DNA of 64,000 nucleotides from Oculina patagonica (Eukaryota): NCBI RefSeq assembly GCF_052425735.1, contig NC_135768.1, positions 9,424,001 to 9,488,000 of the forward strand, read 5' to 3'. Shown piece by piece: positions 47,099 to 58,500 of this stretch (position 1 is its first letter; each line of letters starts with the position of its first letter). The notes under the pieces were generated by a model. It saw only the letters and a program-made list of their open reading frames with translations, ran no database searches and was not told where the DNA came from. The position numbers and the translations under genes were made by a program.

Positions 47099-48539
47099 GA
47101 GTTGTAGCGTTACACGAGCCGGCCGCGAGCCCGAGTCAACCTCGAGTCACAAGTCAGCCTCAAGTCAAGCCAAAAATGTTTTCTTTTTGTAAAAAAAATT
47201 ATATCAATATTTATCATAGCAAAAAAATAGGAATAAATATTGTCTTATAAACAGTTTACAGCAGGCTAACCTTGATTCTTCTTGATCCAGCGCTGTTGTT
47301 TATTTCGTCGTGTCCAAATATTTTATCACCGACTCACTCGACTGCATAAACATATTTCTACGGCTTTATACGGCTGTGTTTATTTAAATCTCCCGTTCTT
47401 GCTGCCATCAAAAACCTCTTTAAATGCTAGGAATCGTTTAAAAACTGTCGACTTCACTGACTCGTTCAGGCATCGCCGATCGATCGCCCCGCGAAATCCA
47501 GAACGTTTAAGGCCATCCCAATAAAATGTTTCGTTTCCCATCGCCCGACCGACCCATTTTTTTTTTTTTCGAAAAGTAAAAAAACAATCCAGATTCACTA
47601 GTCAAAGAAGCAAGTACTTCAATTTACAAGCACGCGATCTTGTTTTATTAACAACAATTGGTATGATGTGTCTTTGTCATCGATACTACGTTATTTGAAG
47701 ACTGTTAAGGAATAATGAAAGAAAAGACCACCTTTTTCGAGTTGACTTTGTAATCAGGCTTTCTAACTTAGCAGCCCGGCCTTTTCTGGAAGCCAGAACC
47801 GTTCAAGTGTTCATTCTTTTTTTTTTTTGCCCGACCGACCACCATCACAAGAGACGGGGCGATGGGAAACGAAACATTTTATTGGGATGGCCTAATGGAA
47901 AATATTCTTCCCAAAAAGGAAAGATCACGAAAATAGAAGGATGCAACAGACAAGCACTTGTTAAAAGTTTTCTATTTTACGATGATTTATCCATTGCTTC
48001 CGATTTTTTGCACGGAATTCAGCCTATATTAGTTATATTTTCACAGTTATAAACGCTGAAAAGTACAAATTTTATGAACACGTAAAACACGTAAATTTTA
48101 AATTTGGTGATAGAAAGTTGTTCATTTCGTCCTGTCCAAAATAGATCTTATCAACTACATATTTTGACAAACAGGCCATCTTAATTCAAATCCGCCGTTC
48201 TTGCTTTATTCAGAAACCTCTTGATGTTTTGTTTTCGATGTTGAAATTCCTCAAATGAAAAAGGCTCATTTTTGTTTTCGAAAACTTGAGCATCGAACAA
48301 GTTGCTTGTTCGCCGACAATCGATCACGCCGACTACGTAGTCGAACGTTTGGAAAATATTCTTGTGTATGAAAAGGGAAGTCATGCCTTTGTTATCCTTC
48401 AGTGGAATTATTTTTTCTTACACTATATAGTGCTATACATTTTCCTACTAAAAACAAAAAAAAATTGGCTTGACTCGAGCTTGACTGGTGACTCGAGATT
48501 GACTCGGGCTCGTAGTTGGCTCGTGTAACGCTACAACTC
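47099..48539. mobile_element. Non-autonomous Mutator-like DNA transposon
   Basis: TIR GAGTTGTAGCGTTACACGAGCC / GGCTCGTGTAACGCTACAACTC; imperfect 9-bp flanks ATTTTAGCC / TTTTAAGCC. Confidence 0.8.
47511..47892. mobile_element. PIF/Harbinger-type MITE nested in the previous element
   Basis: TIR GGCCATCCCAATAAAATGTTTCGTTTCCCATCGCCC / GGGCGATGGGAAACGAAACATTTTATTGGGATGGCC; TAA TSD. Confidence 0.92.
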
Positions 48540-50033
48540 TTTTAAGCCTAGAAAGCGAGGAGGGAGACAAGTGTCCCCATATAACATCCGATGTGTCTCG
48601 AAACGTATTCACACCATAGTAATCCAACTTTAAATGCATGTATAAAACATCCAAAACTATTCATTTTAGTGCAAATTATCATCTCGGAGTTCAACAATTT
48701 TTAAAAACTGTCAAAAAATTTCTTAAGTTGACATACATGAAACTCTTTATAAATACGTCGTAAAATCTCACAAAGTCATTTACAAAAAAAAAAACACCAA
48801 ATTTCAGTAAGACCGCCTTTGAAAACAGGATTGCCATAAAAAAAAAACGTCAAGTGAAATTGAAAACTTTGTCAGCGATGGGCAACAGGAACTTACTTTC
48901 TAATAGATATCATGAACGTCTTATTTACCTTTCATGTTTTTAATCTGGCGCTACGTTCAACTTAGCTGATTTCTCCGCAAAGTCACCAGAGCATGAAAGA
49001 TGCAACGTCAACAAAACTTTTCGGGACTTTTCCCTCTCAACAACTTCATTACAAAATCAATTTTTTCAGATGTTTCGAGAAAGTAGGAGACCCGATCCAG
49101 AGAAATATATTTGGTACGTGCTGAACGAAAGCAATTCGAACAGATTTGGTCTTCAAAGCAGAATTGGGATTTCGCAACTTGACAACAGCTTGAAGAACCT
49201 TGCGAGCAATTTAATGTTTGTTTACTTTCGACTATTTAGCACTAATTGTTAGATGTTGTTTACGGGATAGATAACATCACTTGGACAATTAACTCTACAG
49301 GCTTTAACTTTAATAATCGACCATCAGGCGCGAGTCATAGAAAAGTCTCAATTTTCTTTCGTCAAACCGAAATATCAAGTGCATAAGTCATGTATGTTTT
49401 AAACTTACCAGTTGTGTGACTTCTGAAGTCTCTGAAAGTTACAACAGTTCCCGAGAGTTGATTTCTTCATTCTGTATTCGGTTTTCTCTTAACAAAGCAG
49501 TTGGCTCCGACACACAGGTACGAAAAATTAATCAAGTGAGCTTTACTTGCATCTTTGGCAAACCGATTGTTATTTGTATGAGTTTCGTTTCGTTGTAAAC
49601 CGGAAATTCTTATGCAATCACGCGGACCACACGCGTTTTTTTTCCGGCGGCTTGACGTAAATAAAACTAAATTTCCGGGCAAAAACACAACATTTAACGA
49701 CTCAAACGAGACATAAGTAGAAGTGTTAGGCGCGCGTTTCTGGTTATACCGTACAGTTGATGCATACCGTTTCTACTAGGGTAATCCCAAATCATGCAAA
49801 TTATGCATACTGGCTGTACGATATTGCCTTTCGTGACCATGTCTCCGGAGGTATTGGATGTGGGTTCTAAAATCTCAGTTATCAGTTAAAATGTCGCAGC
49901 TATCAGAAAATTTTGTAGGTCTCAGATCTATCAGGTTATAAGAAGCGCGGTATCTCCCATCTGATAGCCAGAATTGAAACGGTCTTTTGACCAATTCACA
50001 GCTATCAATTTAACCTAACCAATTAACTACTAC

Positions 50034-50070
50034 CTCTGATGAAGGTAAACAGATGTCACCGAAAATTTAG
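50034..50070 (+). ncRNA. Degenerate minimal hammerhead ribozyme motif (Penelope-type)
   Basis: CT-CTGATGA-A-GGT(AAACAGATGTC)ACC-GAAA-ATTT-AG: core boxes, a short stem II and palindromic AATT. Confidence 0.45.
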
Positions 50071-50856
50071 ACAATAAAAAACGAATCGGCTTAAAAAACT
50101 TTTTTTTAAATTTAACCTAACCCAGATCCTTTTGACTGATTGAAGGATTAAATAAAACATCATTTCAATAATATTGCTAAACAAATAGTTTTAAAATCAG
50201 GGTTTTTTCCCTTACGAGCACTAGCTTCCGCTTCTTTCACATGCTCACCCACACACATCCCGTTTGAAGACGCGTTTCCGGTCATATTCCGCTTGTTTTC
50301 AGGCGCGAGATGTCCTCTGTAGTCAGTAAATTTAGATTTAATCGAAAAAAAAATATTATAAACTTTCTTATCAAACTGATTTGGAGGTTTGCTAGAGAGC
50401 GAAACGTTGATTCTTATCGCTTATTTTTGTATTGAAACCGGGATGATTCCCGTGCAACACGAGTTTCCGTTCACGATGTTAGCAGTCCGGAAAGAGCCAC
50501 GGACCACGCGCGAGATGCGTGCGAGTCTTCCACGCGCTGTCACGAAATCACAACTCGCTGAGCAGTGTGCTCCAAGCTTTCACTTTAATGATGGAAGTAA
50601 AACAAGAGCAAACTGGGACTTTGTCAGGCTGAGTTAAATTTACTTTATAATGTTTTGCCAAATACTCGCTATGGCTCGATTTTGCAAAGAAATTACTTCT
50701 TTGGATCTAAGTGACAAAACAATTCAACCCGTAAATAAGCTAATAACAAAAGTTAAGCTCAGTGTTTGCAAAGAAAGTGCTGAATTTTTCAAAAAATTCA
50801 TTTAAACTAGGTATTTCTTTATCTGTTTTTGAATGGCTCTTGTAACCCTTTGTCTC

Positions 50857-51080
50857 GTCTGAGACTGATACAACGAAGAAAGCACCGGTTCTCGTCCGAT
50901 CGCCGAAGTTTAAAGCCCCAGTTGGTGGGGCCGTGCTACTTGGATGGGTGACAAACTGGAAATACTCTTTAACCGGGTGGGGGTCTGGTGCCCCCCGGTT
51001 CATAATCTACCTTCGGTTTTTTTAACCGGGTGGGGGTCTGGTGCCCCCCCCGGTTCATAATCTACCTTCGGTTTTTTTTT
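50857..51080 (+). mobile_element. 5S rRNA-derived sequence (SINE3-like head or 5S pseudogene) with a duplicated hairpin tail
   Basis: GAAAGCACCGGTTCTCGTCCGATC.CCGAAGTT...TACTTGGATGGGTGAC...CTGGAAATAC matches eukaryotic 5S rRNA including the C-box, but the ends are diverged. It is followed by two copies of AACCGGGTGGGGGTCTGGTGCCCCCCGGTTCATAATCTACCTTCGG-T(n). Confidence 0.8.
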
Positions 51081-51085
51081 TAGTT

Positions 51086-52216
51086 TTTTTGTCGGTAGGG
51101 CATTGAAGGTCACGCATGTTGATTGGCTTAAACAGGTCATCTTTCATCGCCCACTTGAAATTGCCTCAGTGGAGGAAGGAGAATGGGACGGAGGAAATGT
51201 TTTAAATTACTTGCCACTTGAGGGATTTAAATTACGTGCGTTATACGCGTTTTTTGTGTGTTTAACTCAACAATAAATCATCGCTTAGACCACAGAGCAA
51301 AATAGAATTGCTGCTCAGTTAGAAATGACCAGTACGACATATAATTGAAAGAGTCAAGTTATATATTATGCGTTTTAAAAGTAGAACGAAAACAACTCTG
51401 ATATCTCTACCTTCAAAGTCTTCAAAAGCGATCAAAGTGCCTTTGACCTTTAATACTGACGGCCGAGTATCGTATATCGCATGTCACGCTTCAACATAAC
51501 GCACTTGTTGTTGAACAGCAACAAAAGGAAATAAAACGCTGCTGGGTATACGTCTAAAAGCCTTAGGCTATTTTGTTAGCTAAAAGAGTGGTTAAACATT
51601 AACCACCCGGTTTTGAGCTACTAAGTAGCTTCTTGTTTTGTTGTTGTTGTAGTATTTTTTTGTCGGTAGGGCATTGAAGGTCGTGAACGTTGATTGGCTT
51701 AAAACTGGTCATCTTTCATCACCCACTTGAAATTGGCTCAATGGGGGAAGGGGAATAGGACGGAGGAAATGTTTTAAATTACTTGTCACTTGAGGGATTA
51801 AAATTACGTGCGTTATACGCGTTTTCCATGTGTTTAACTCAACAATAAATCATCACTTAGACCACAGTGCAAAATAGAATTGCTGCTAAGTTAGAAATGA
51901 CCAGTACGAGATATAAATGAAAGAGTCACGTTATATTTTATGAGTTTTAAACTGAAGTAAAACGAAAACAACTCTCATATCTTCACCTTCAAAGTCTTCA
52001 AAAGTGATCAAAGTGCTTTGGACCTTTAATCAGTACTGACGGCCGAGTATTGTATATCGCATGTCTCGCTTCAGCATAACACACTTCTTGTTGAACAGCA
52101 ACAAAAGGAAATATAAACGCTACTGGGTTCGTCTAAAAGCCTTAGGCTTTCTTGTTATCCAAAAGAGTGGGTAAACATTAACCACCCGGTTTTAAGCTAC
52201 TCAGTAGCTTCTTGTT
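51086..52216. repeat. Tandem duplication (~570-bp unit x2)
   Basis: GTCGGTAGGGCATTGAAGGTC starts at ~51091 and ~51662; the copies stay colinear to AGTAGCTTCTTGTT. Confidence 0.9.
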
Positions 52217-52753
52217 GTGAATTACTTTTCTTGTTGAAACTTGGTCTAAACGGATACTCATGCCCTATATATCAGCCAATTTTAACAGGAAAAGATACGT
52301 TGAAACTACTTTACATTAACATAATCAAATACTAACTTCATGCCCTTGAGCTCCCTCGCGTTTTTTTATGACACATTTTGTCGACGGTCAATGCCCGACC
52401 ATCCGCGGGTTCTGTTCCCACAATTTGGGCCTCAGTAGTGGTCAAATGCCCGCGGGGGGATGATCTCGCTTTGAATTGACTGATACATAATAGCGGAGTG
52501 CGAGGAAAACAAGTGCCGTTATCATACGTTATATAATATAGATAACGACGGCTTATGGTGGAACTGTTAAGAAGTCGTTGGGAATGGAGGATGCGGGCTT
52601 GATAAAGAGTCTGAAGGGAATTCGAAAAGGCCAAGCTAAAGGGAAATGGCATAGTCTTTTGTACCAACTATTCAAGTCGATAGAAACCGAGAACGAGCTG
52701 TCTTATTGTTTTACCATAACTCACTGACCGATCTATTATAAAGTCTCTAAAGG

Positions 52754-53372
52754 GAGTTCCCTAGTGAGTTGAGTTCCTTAGTGATTTCCCTAGTGAGTTC
52801 ACTTCTGAGTTCCCTAGTAGTGAGTTCCTTATTAAATTCGCTAGTGAGTTCCCTTTAATTTTGAGTTCCCTGTGGAGTTTTTTAGTGAGTACCCTCTTAA
52901 GTTCCCTGGTGAGTTCCTTAGTGAGTACCCTCTTGAGTCAGTCCCCAGTGAGTTCCTTTCTGAGTTCCCTAGTGAGTTGCCTAGTAGTGTTTTCCCTAGT
53001 GAGTTCCCTTCTGAGTTCCCTAGTAGTGAGTTCCTTAGTGAGTTCCCTAGTAGTGAGTTTCTTAGTGAGTTCCCTAGTGAGTTCCCTAGTAGTGAGTTCC
53101 CTAGTAGTGAGTTCCTTAGTGAGTTCCCAAGTAGTGAGTTCCTTAGTGAGTTCTCTAGTAGTGAGTTCCCTGCTGAGTTCCCTAGTAGTGAGTTCCCTAT
53201 TAGTGAGTTTCTTAGTGAGGTCCCTAGTGAGTTCTCTTTTGGAGTTCCTTAGTGAGTTCCTTTTTGAGCTCCCTATTTAGCTCCCTAGTGATCCCTTTTG
53301 AGTTCTGCTAGTGAGTTCCCTATTGAGTTCCCTTCTGAGCCCAGTAAGTTCCCTAGTGAGTTCCTTAGTGAG
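52754..53372. repeat. Minisatellite, 12/15-bp unit AGTGAGTTCCCT(AGT)
   Basis: Dozens of degenerate tandem copies. Confidence 0.93.
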
Positions 53373-53674
53373 TGTTTTGTACCGTTACTGAAGGAATCGA
53401 TGCAAAATAAACATTAATATTCCAGTAGCCTTTGAAGTGTGTTTTGACAAATGACGAGCAACAGACTGCAATCTGAAAATAAGTGGAGAAGTGATCGCAA
53501 TCTTAAAAGACTGCAATCTTACGTTTTAAAACTTATATGAGAAGTTCATGGTGTCCGCTTTATCTAGAGTCTAAACAATAAAAACTGTGATGTTGGTACC
53601 ACGACAGTGTCCGTAATTCCGTTGTAGCGAGAGTCCGTAAATTAATAGCGTGAGTCATTTTCAGTAAAACCTCT

Positions 53675-55575
53675 ACTGAGGCTTTGAATAATTAAAGAAG
53701 AACTTCTTGGCTATGGTTAAAGAAACATTTTCAGTTAATCTTAACATAACAACCCAGGGAGACCATTATGGATCGTTGGTGTTTATTAGTTCTGATGAGC
53801 TTCGTCTACTTTTCATGTCAAAGTCTAACTCACGGTAAGCAAATTAAATTGGATTTAATTTAAATTAGATTTAATTTGACCGATGTTTTAAAATATCAAA
53901 AAATAACCCGCATTGTTTGTTTCACTCTTTAAAATGTCCGTCTTTTTTTCGCTTAATGAAGAAAAATTGTACGATAAAGAGCATAAAACGCGCTTAAATA
54001 TCAATTCCTCTTCTTAAACTCGCCCGCACTTGAAAGGATTTTTCGTCCTTTATATCTCCGATCTGCCAATAGGTCCCAATACGAACACAGATTTCCAAAA
54101 ATTCGACATTGTTTCCAGTAAATCCATTCACATATAACATACTTACAGAAGCGAGAACGATATACAGTCGAAGCTCTCTTTTGTAACCACGACAACGATG
54201 GTGAATCCCCGTTTGAATTGTCACTTTTAAAAACTCCCGCCACCACCGTTGGGGAACACTAACTAGCCTTTTACTTTGTTGTTAAGCTCTCGAAAGTGAT
54301 AACTCAAATATTATGATTGGTAATTAAACGAAACTTTAATAAGAATACACACTACCGGATCACATTTAACGTTATTAACATTATTTTGTAATACCTTTTT
54401 CTATTTTTGTTGTTGTTGTTCTTGTTATTTGGACGAATTTTTCGCGTCTGTTTTCGAGTATTTAAGGGTGCTAAACTGAAGGGCATAATTTGATGAACTC
54501 CGACCTTCTAATCCTTAGATTTTTAAAACTTCACTGTGACTTACGGGAAGGAATAACGAATTCAAGATACCCAGTAATCGTTGAACAGAAAAATAAGAAA
54601 AAGTAATCATATAGCGATTAGATACTCCAGTTCTCGCCCTTGACTAGCCTCGGTTAGAAAGCTAACAGCAGCCAAAACAGAATCATGAATATATCAACCT
54701 GCCACTGACCAGTTTGCCTATTTATTAGGGGTGATACAGTTCATAAGAAAACCAAACCCTGCGTGAAATGAACATTCTATGACAATAGAAAGATTTGATA
54801 TCAAATACATAAAAACCAATGGCAACAGTTATTGTTAATGGTAATTTTTAGGAAAACATTTTTAGCAAATTGCGATGCCATTTTTTCTCTTTCGAAACAT
54901 CTCTACAAAAAAGAAAAATATAAAATATTGGAGCCGTTTTCGTTCTTTTGCAATACTTAAATATTTAAACACTGTATGTGACAACCCATCAATCACCTCT
55001 TGACAGAAAATTAAGTAACATGTTCCTTGCAGGATTTCAATGTTTTAGTTCTGAATCGTACCAGTTATGGTAAATGAGCAAACCGGATAATAACAGGTTG
55101 ATGAATTCTCTTCAGTCACTTGCACCCTCGAACTGATGCTTTGAATAATTTAAGAAGAACTTCCTGGCTATGGTAAAGAAACATTTCCAGTTAATTTTGA
55201 TTTAACCCAAGGAGACCATTATGGATCGCTGGTGTTTATTAGTTCTGATGGGCTTTGTCTACTTTTCAAGTCAAAGTCGTACTCACGGTAAGCAAATTAG
55301 ATTGCAAATTAGAGTATAGTTAATTGATTTTTTAAAGCACCAAAAATGTAACCGTCATTGTTCGATTCAATCTTTAAAATGTCCGTCGATGTTTTTTAGT
55401 TTGCTTTCGCTAAATGAAAAAATTGATGAAGAGCATAAAACGTTTAAATTGCAACTTACTCCTCTTAAACTCGCCTGCAGTTGAAAGGATTTTATTCCTC
55501 CTTAAATCACATGAAGACATGGAGGATATACCAATAAGAACACGGATTTCCAAAATTTCGACATCATTTCCATTA
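53675..55575. repeat. Duplicated ~450-bp segment containing the signal-peptide exon
   Basis: 53675-54125 resembles 55132-55575. Confidence 0.9.
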
Positions 55576-58500
55576 AATCGATAAAACGACATTTTTAATT
55601 ATTATTATTTTTACCACAATTTTACGACACTTTTACCACAATAGTAAAACTCCGTTTTAATTGGCACTTAAACTCTGAATTAGTCAAAAGCTTTTGTAAC
55701 CGACCGCTTCTATCTTTGGGAAATACCAACTGGTCTTTTCTTTTTGATGTTTAGAGATTACCTGAAGATCAAATCCTAGCCATATTGAAATTCATGAATT
55801 TTGATTGGATTACAGGCCATGGTATATCAGTTTATATAAAGTCCATATACCATGAACTGCAAACATAGTAGATAGCCAACGAGGCGACGCGCCTCGTTAG
55901 CTATCTACAATTATATAATAACCTGAATTCTACGCGCATTTTGATTGGTTCTTACTTATGATCTATTAGAGTACAGACGCATAGATGACGTCACGCATTG
56001 GTGTGACTCGCGCTTGTGATCAGAGTTCATAGTCCAAATCAGAGTTGCCGGCAAAGTTTTTCAAACTCGCGGGGCCATAACAAAACGAAAAAGTTCAGCT
56101 TAATTACAAATCTTCAGTGAGAAATAATACGCCAAGCATCGTCCACCTTTCGAAGTATTTAACTGGGTTTGTTAGCTTGAAGAAGACAGTGAAATATTCG
56201 AGAAATTATCGAAATCTGTATGAAAGTGTTTGACCGATAGGCATAAATAGATTGTGCTCGGCAACTTTTGAGCAACTTTTAGCGTTTTGAGCAACTTTTT
56301 GTAGTACCAGCAACCTAGGGCAACTTTTGCCTTCCTTGGCAACTTTTGAGCAACAAATTGATATAAAACCGATCCAAACCATTAAAGGTCGTTTCATTTC
56401 GAAGGATTTTATTAAGACTGGTTTTATCAAAACCGTTTTTTTTTATTCTATTTTTTTAAATTTCTTTTAATTTTTTTATCAAAATACTTGTGAGCAGCAC
56501 ACAGCATAACAATGGCTTTTTTGCCTCTTTTAATGATTGTAAGAATATTTAATGAAAATGTTTAAATGGCAACAAACAAACAAACACGTTTTACGTATTT
56601 ATCTAAAACAAAACGACTCTAGAAAGCAAAAAACTTTTCTAAATTTTGGTGGCAACTTTTTGATATTTGAGCAACTTTAGAGCAACTTTTGGGTATATTG
56701 TGAAGCAACTTTTCCTGAATTAACTAGCACAATCTATTCATGCCTATTGACCGATGTTGTGCAGTTGGACGACTCCACGGGAAACGAATGAACGGCGGTT
56801 GAACGCTTTGGTTAATGCTTACAGATTTGAAAAACTTTCCAAATCGGAATAAAGCTTGTTCTACCCCTACTTTTTTAACTGCGCGCGCAGTTCATGTTCT
56901 GCACTTTCTCTTTTTATTAACTGCGCACAGCTGCAGTTCTTGTTCTACCCTTACTTTTTTGATGTCGGTAAAACGGCGACTCGGGGCCGGGGTCGGGTTC
57001 AATGTTTTTAAATATACTTTTTAGGGGTGTCGGTAAAACGCCGACTCGGGGCCGGGATCGGGGCAGGGGCCGGGGTCGAGGTCGGGGTCAATTTTTTTAA
57101 ATATTTTTTTTAGAATACACCGAATCAACGGAAAACCGGAAGTTGCATAGAAACGAGGCTAAGTGGCCCTTGGCAGCTAGAAATTATAAAGTTTATAAAA
57201 GTGCGTGGGGCATTTCAAGTCGGAAGAAAGCATTTCCTTCACAAATTCGCACAAATCTTGATCCTTATAAGTTCAAAAGTATAAGAAAAGAAATTCAGTT
57301 AAAAACAAGTGCAGTTTCACAATGGTAAATATCAGTACTTGCTCTTAGTCTTTTTCTCTGTCCTCCCGCCGCATCAAAAAGGGGGGTGGGGGCTGATTGC
57401 AGGTTTCCCCAAAAGTCGACCGAGTGTGCCTGCAACGATTTACTGACAAAACTGAAATGAAACCGATATATTCGTGCAATATTCGTGACCCGTAGCCGTT
57501 TTGCAGCAGGCCCAGGCTATCCCCGTCGTTTTTGGCCGACAGGAGACTATCGACCACGACGTTTACGCCCGGTAATTTACGAATCGGGCGTTTTGGCCCG
57601 CCCGATTAAAAAGGCGGAAATGAAATTTATCAGCTATCTCAGCCTTTTTGGGTTTGGCCTTCGCGGAAATCCGCTGTTTACGTTGTATCGCGAGTGTTGC
57701 GACCTGCAGAACATGAAGGCAAAACAGTGACAACTGGTTGCCTGATTATATGTCTAGATTACGACACAAACCACGCGCAGGGGGAAGGACTGGAGGGTGC
57801 TTCAACTCCCTACCCCCTACCCCTCCATTCTTTACAGTAAAACGAAAAAATATAGTACTAAGAAATAAACAAAGAAAGACACGGAAAGTTAAATATAGAA
57901 ACAAAACATCACTGAAAACGTTTTGCTCCTGAATTTCTTTCCACTAGCTACTGACGAAAGCCAGTGTGACAAAGCTGATTGGGTGGAGAGTCTTGACAGG
58001 GCTGGGTGGTCTAAGTGCCCACAGACGAACACTTACCTCAAGGGATTGTGGAGAAATGACCGAAAAGAGGGAGATGAACGAGTTGGACGTATCGAGTATG
58101 GAAGGTGCTGCCAAGCCTCGGAAGAAGCATTTGCTAACCAGCCTGCAGTATGTAATAATGCAAACTGGCGGATTACGTTAGACGGGTGAGCTTTTAAAAT
58201 AATAATAATCCCTACAACCTCCCTCCCGTGGGGAGAGGAACTCTAGTAAATTCAGGATAGGTGTCACCGTGCCTCAAACATTCGTTAACCCTGACCCTTT
58301 TTCAGGACAGAGAATCGAGACCCAAACTCTAACACTGAATTATACTCTTTGTTAAGAGAGACTGTTCGCAGTCTAGGATTATGTACATTTAAGAAACTGA
58401 CAAGACGAATACCCAATTTATACATCAGAATTAATGACGTCAAATGGTATTTTTTAACAGGGAGTTTCTGAGGGAAGAACCTGATTGATCCTTTGTACTG

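Noticed and set aside
50857-50967. Functional 5S rRNA gene
   Set aside because: The 5' and 3' ends are diverged, helix I cannot form, and there are indels near the A-box.
52861-53280. (VSSL)n / (SEFP)n proteins
   Set aside because: Translations of a minisatellite with non-ATG starts and no splice context.
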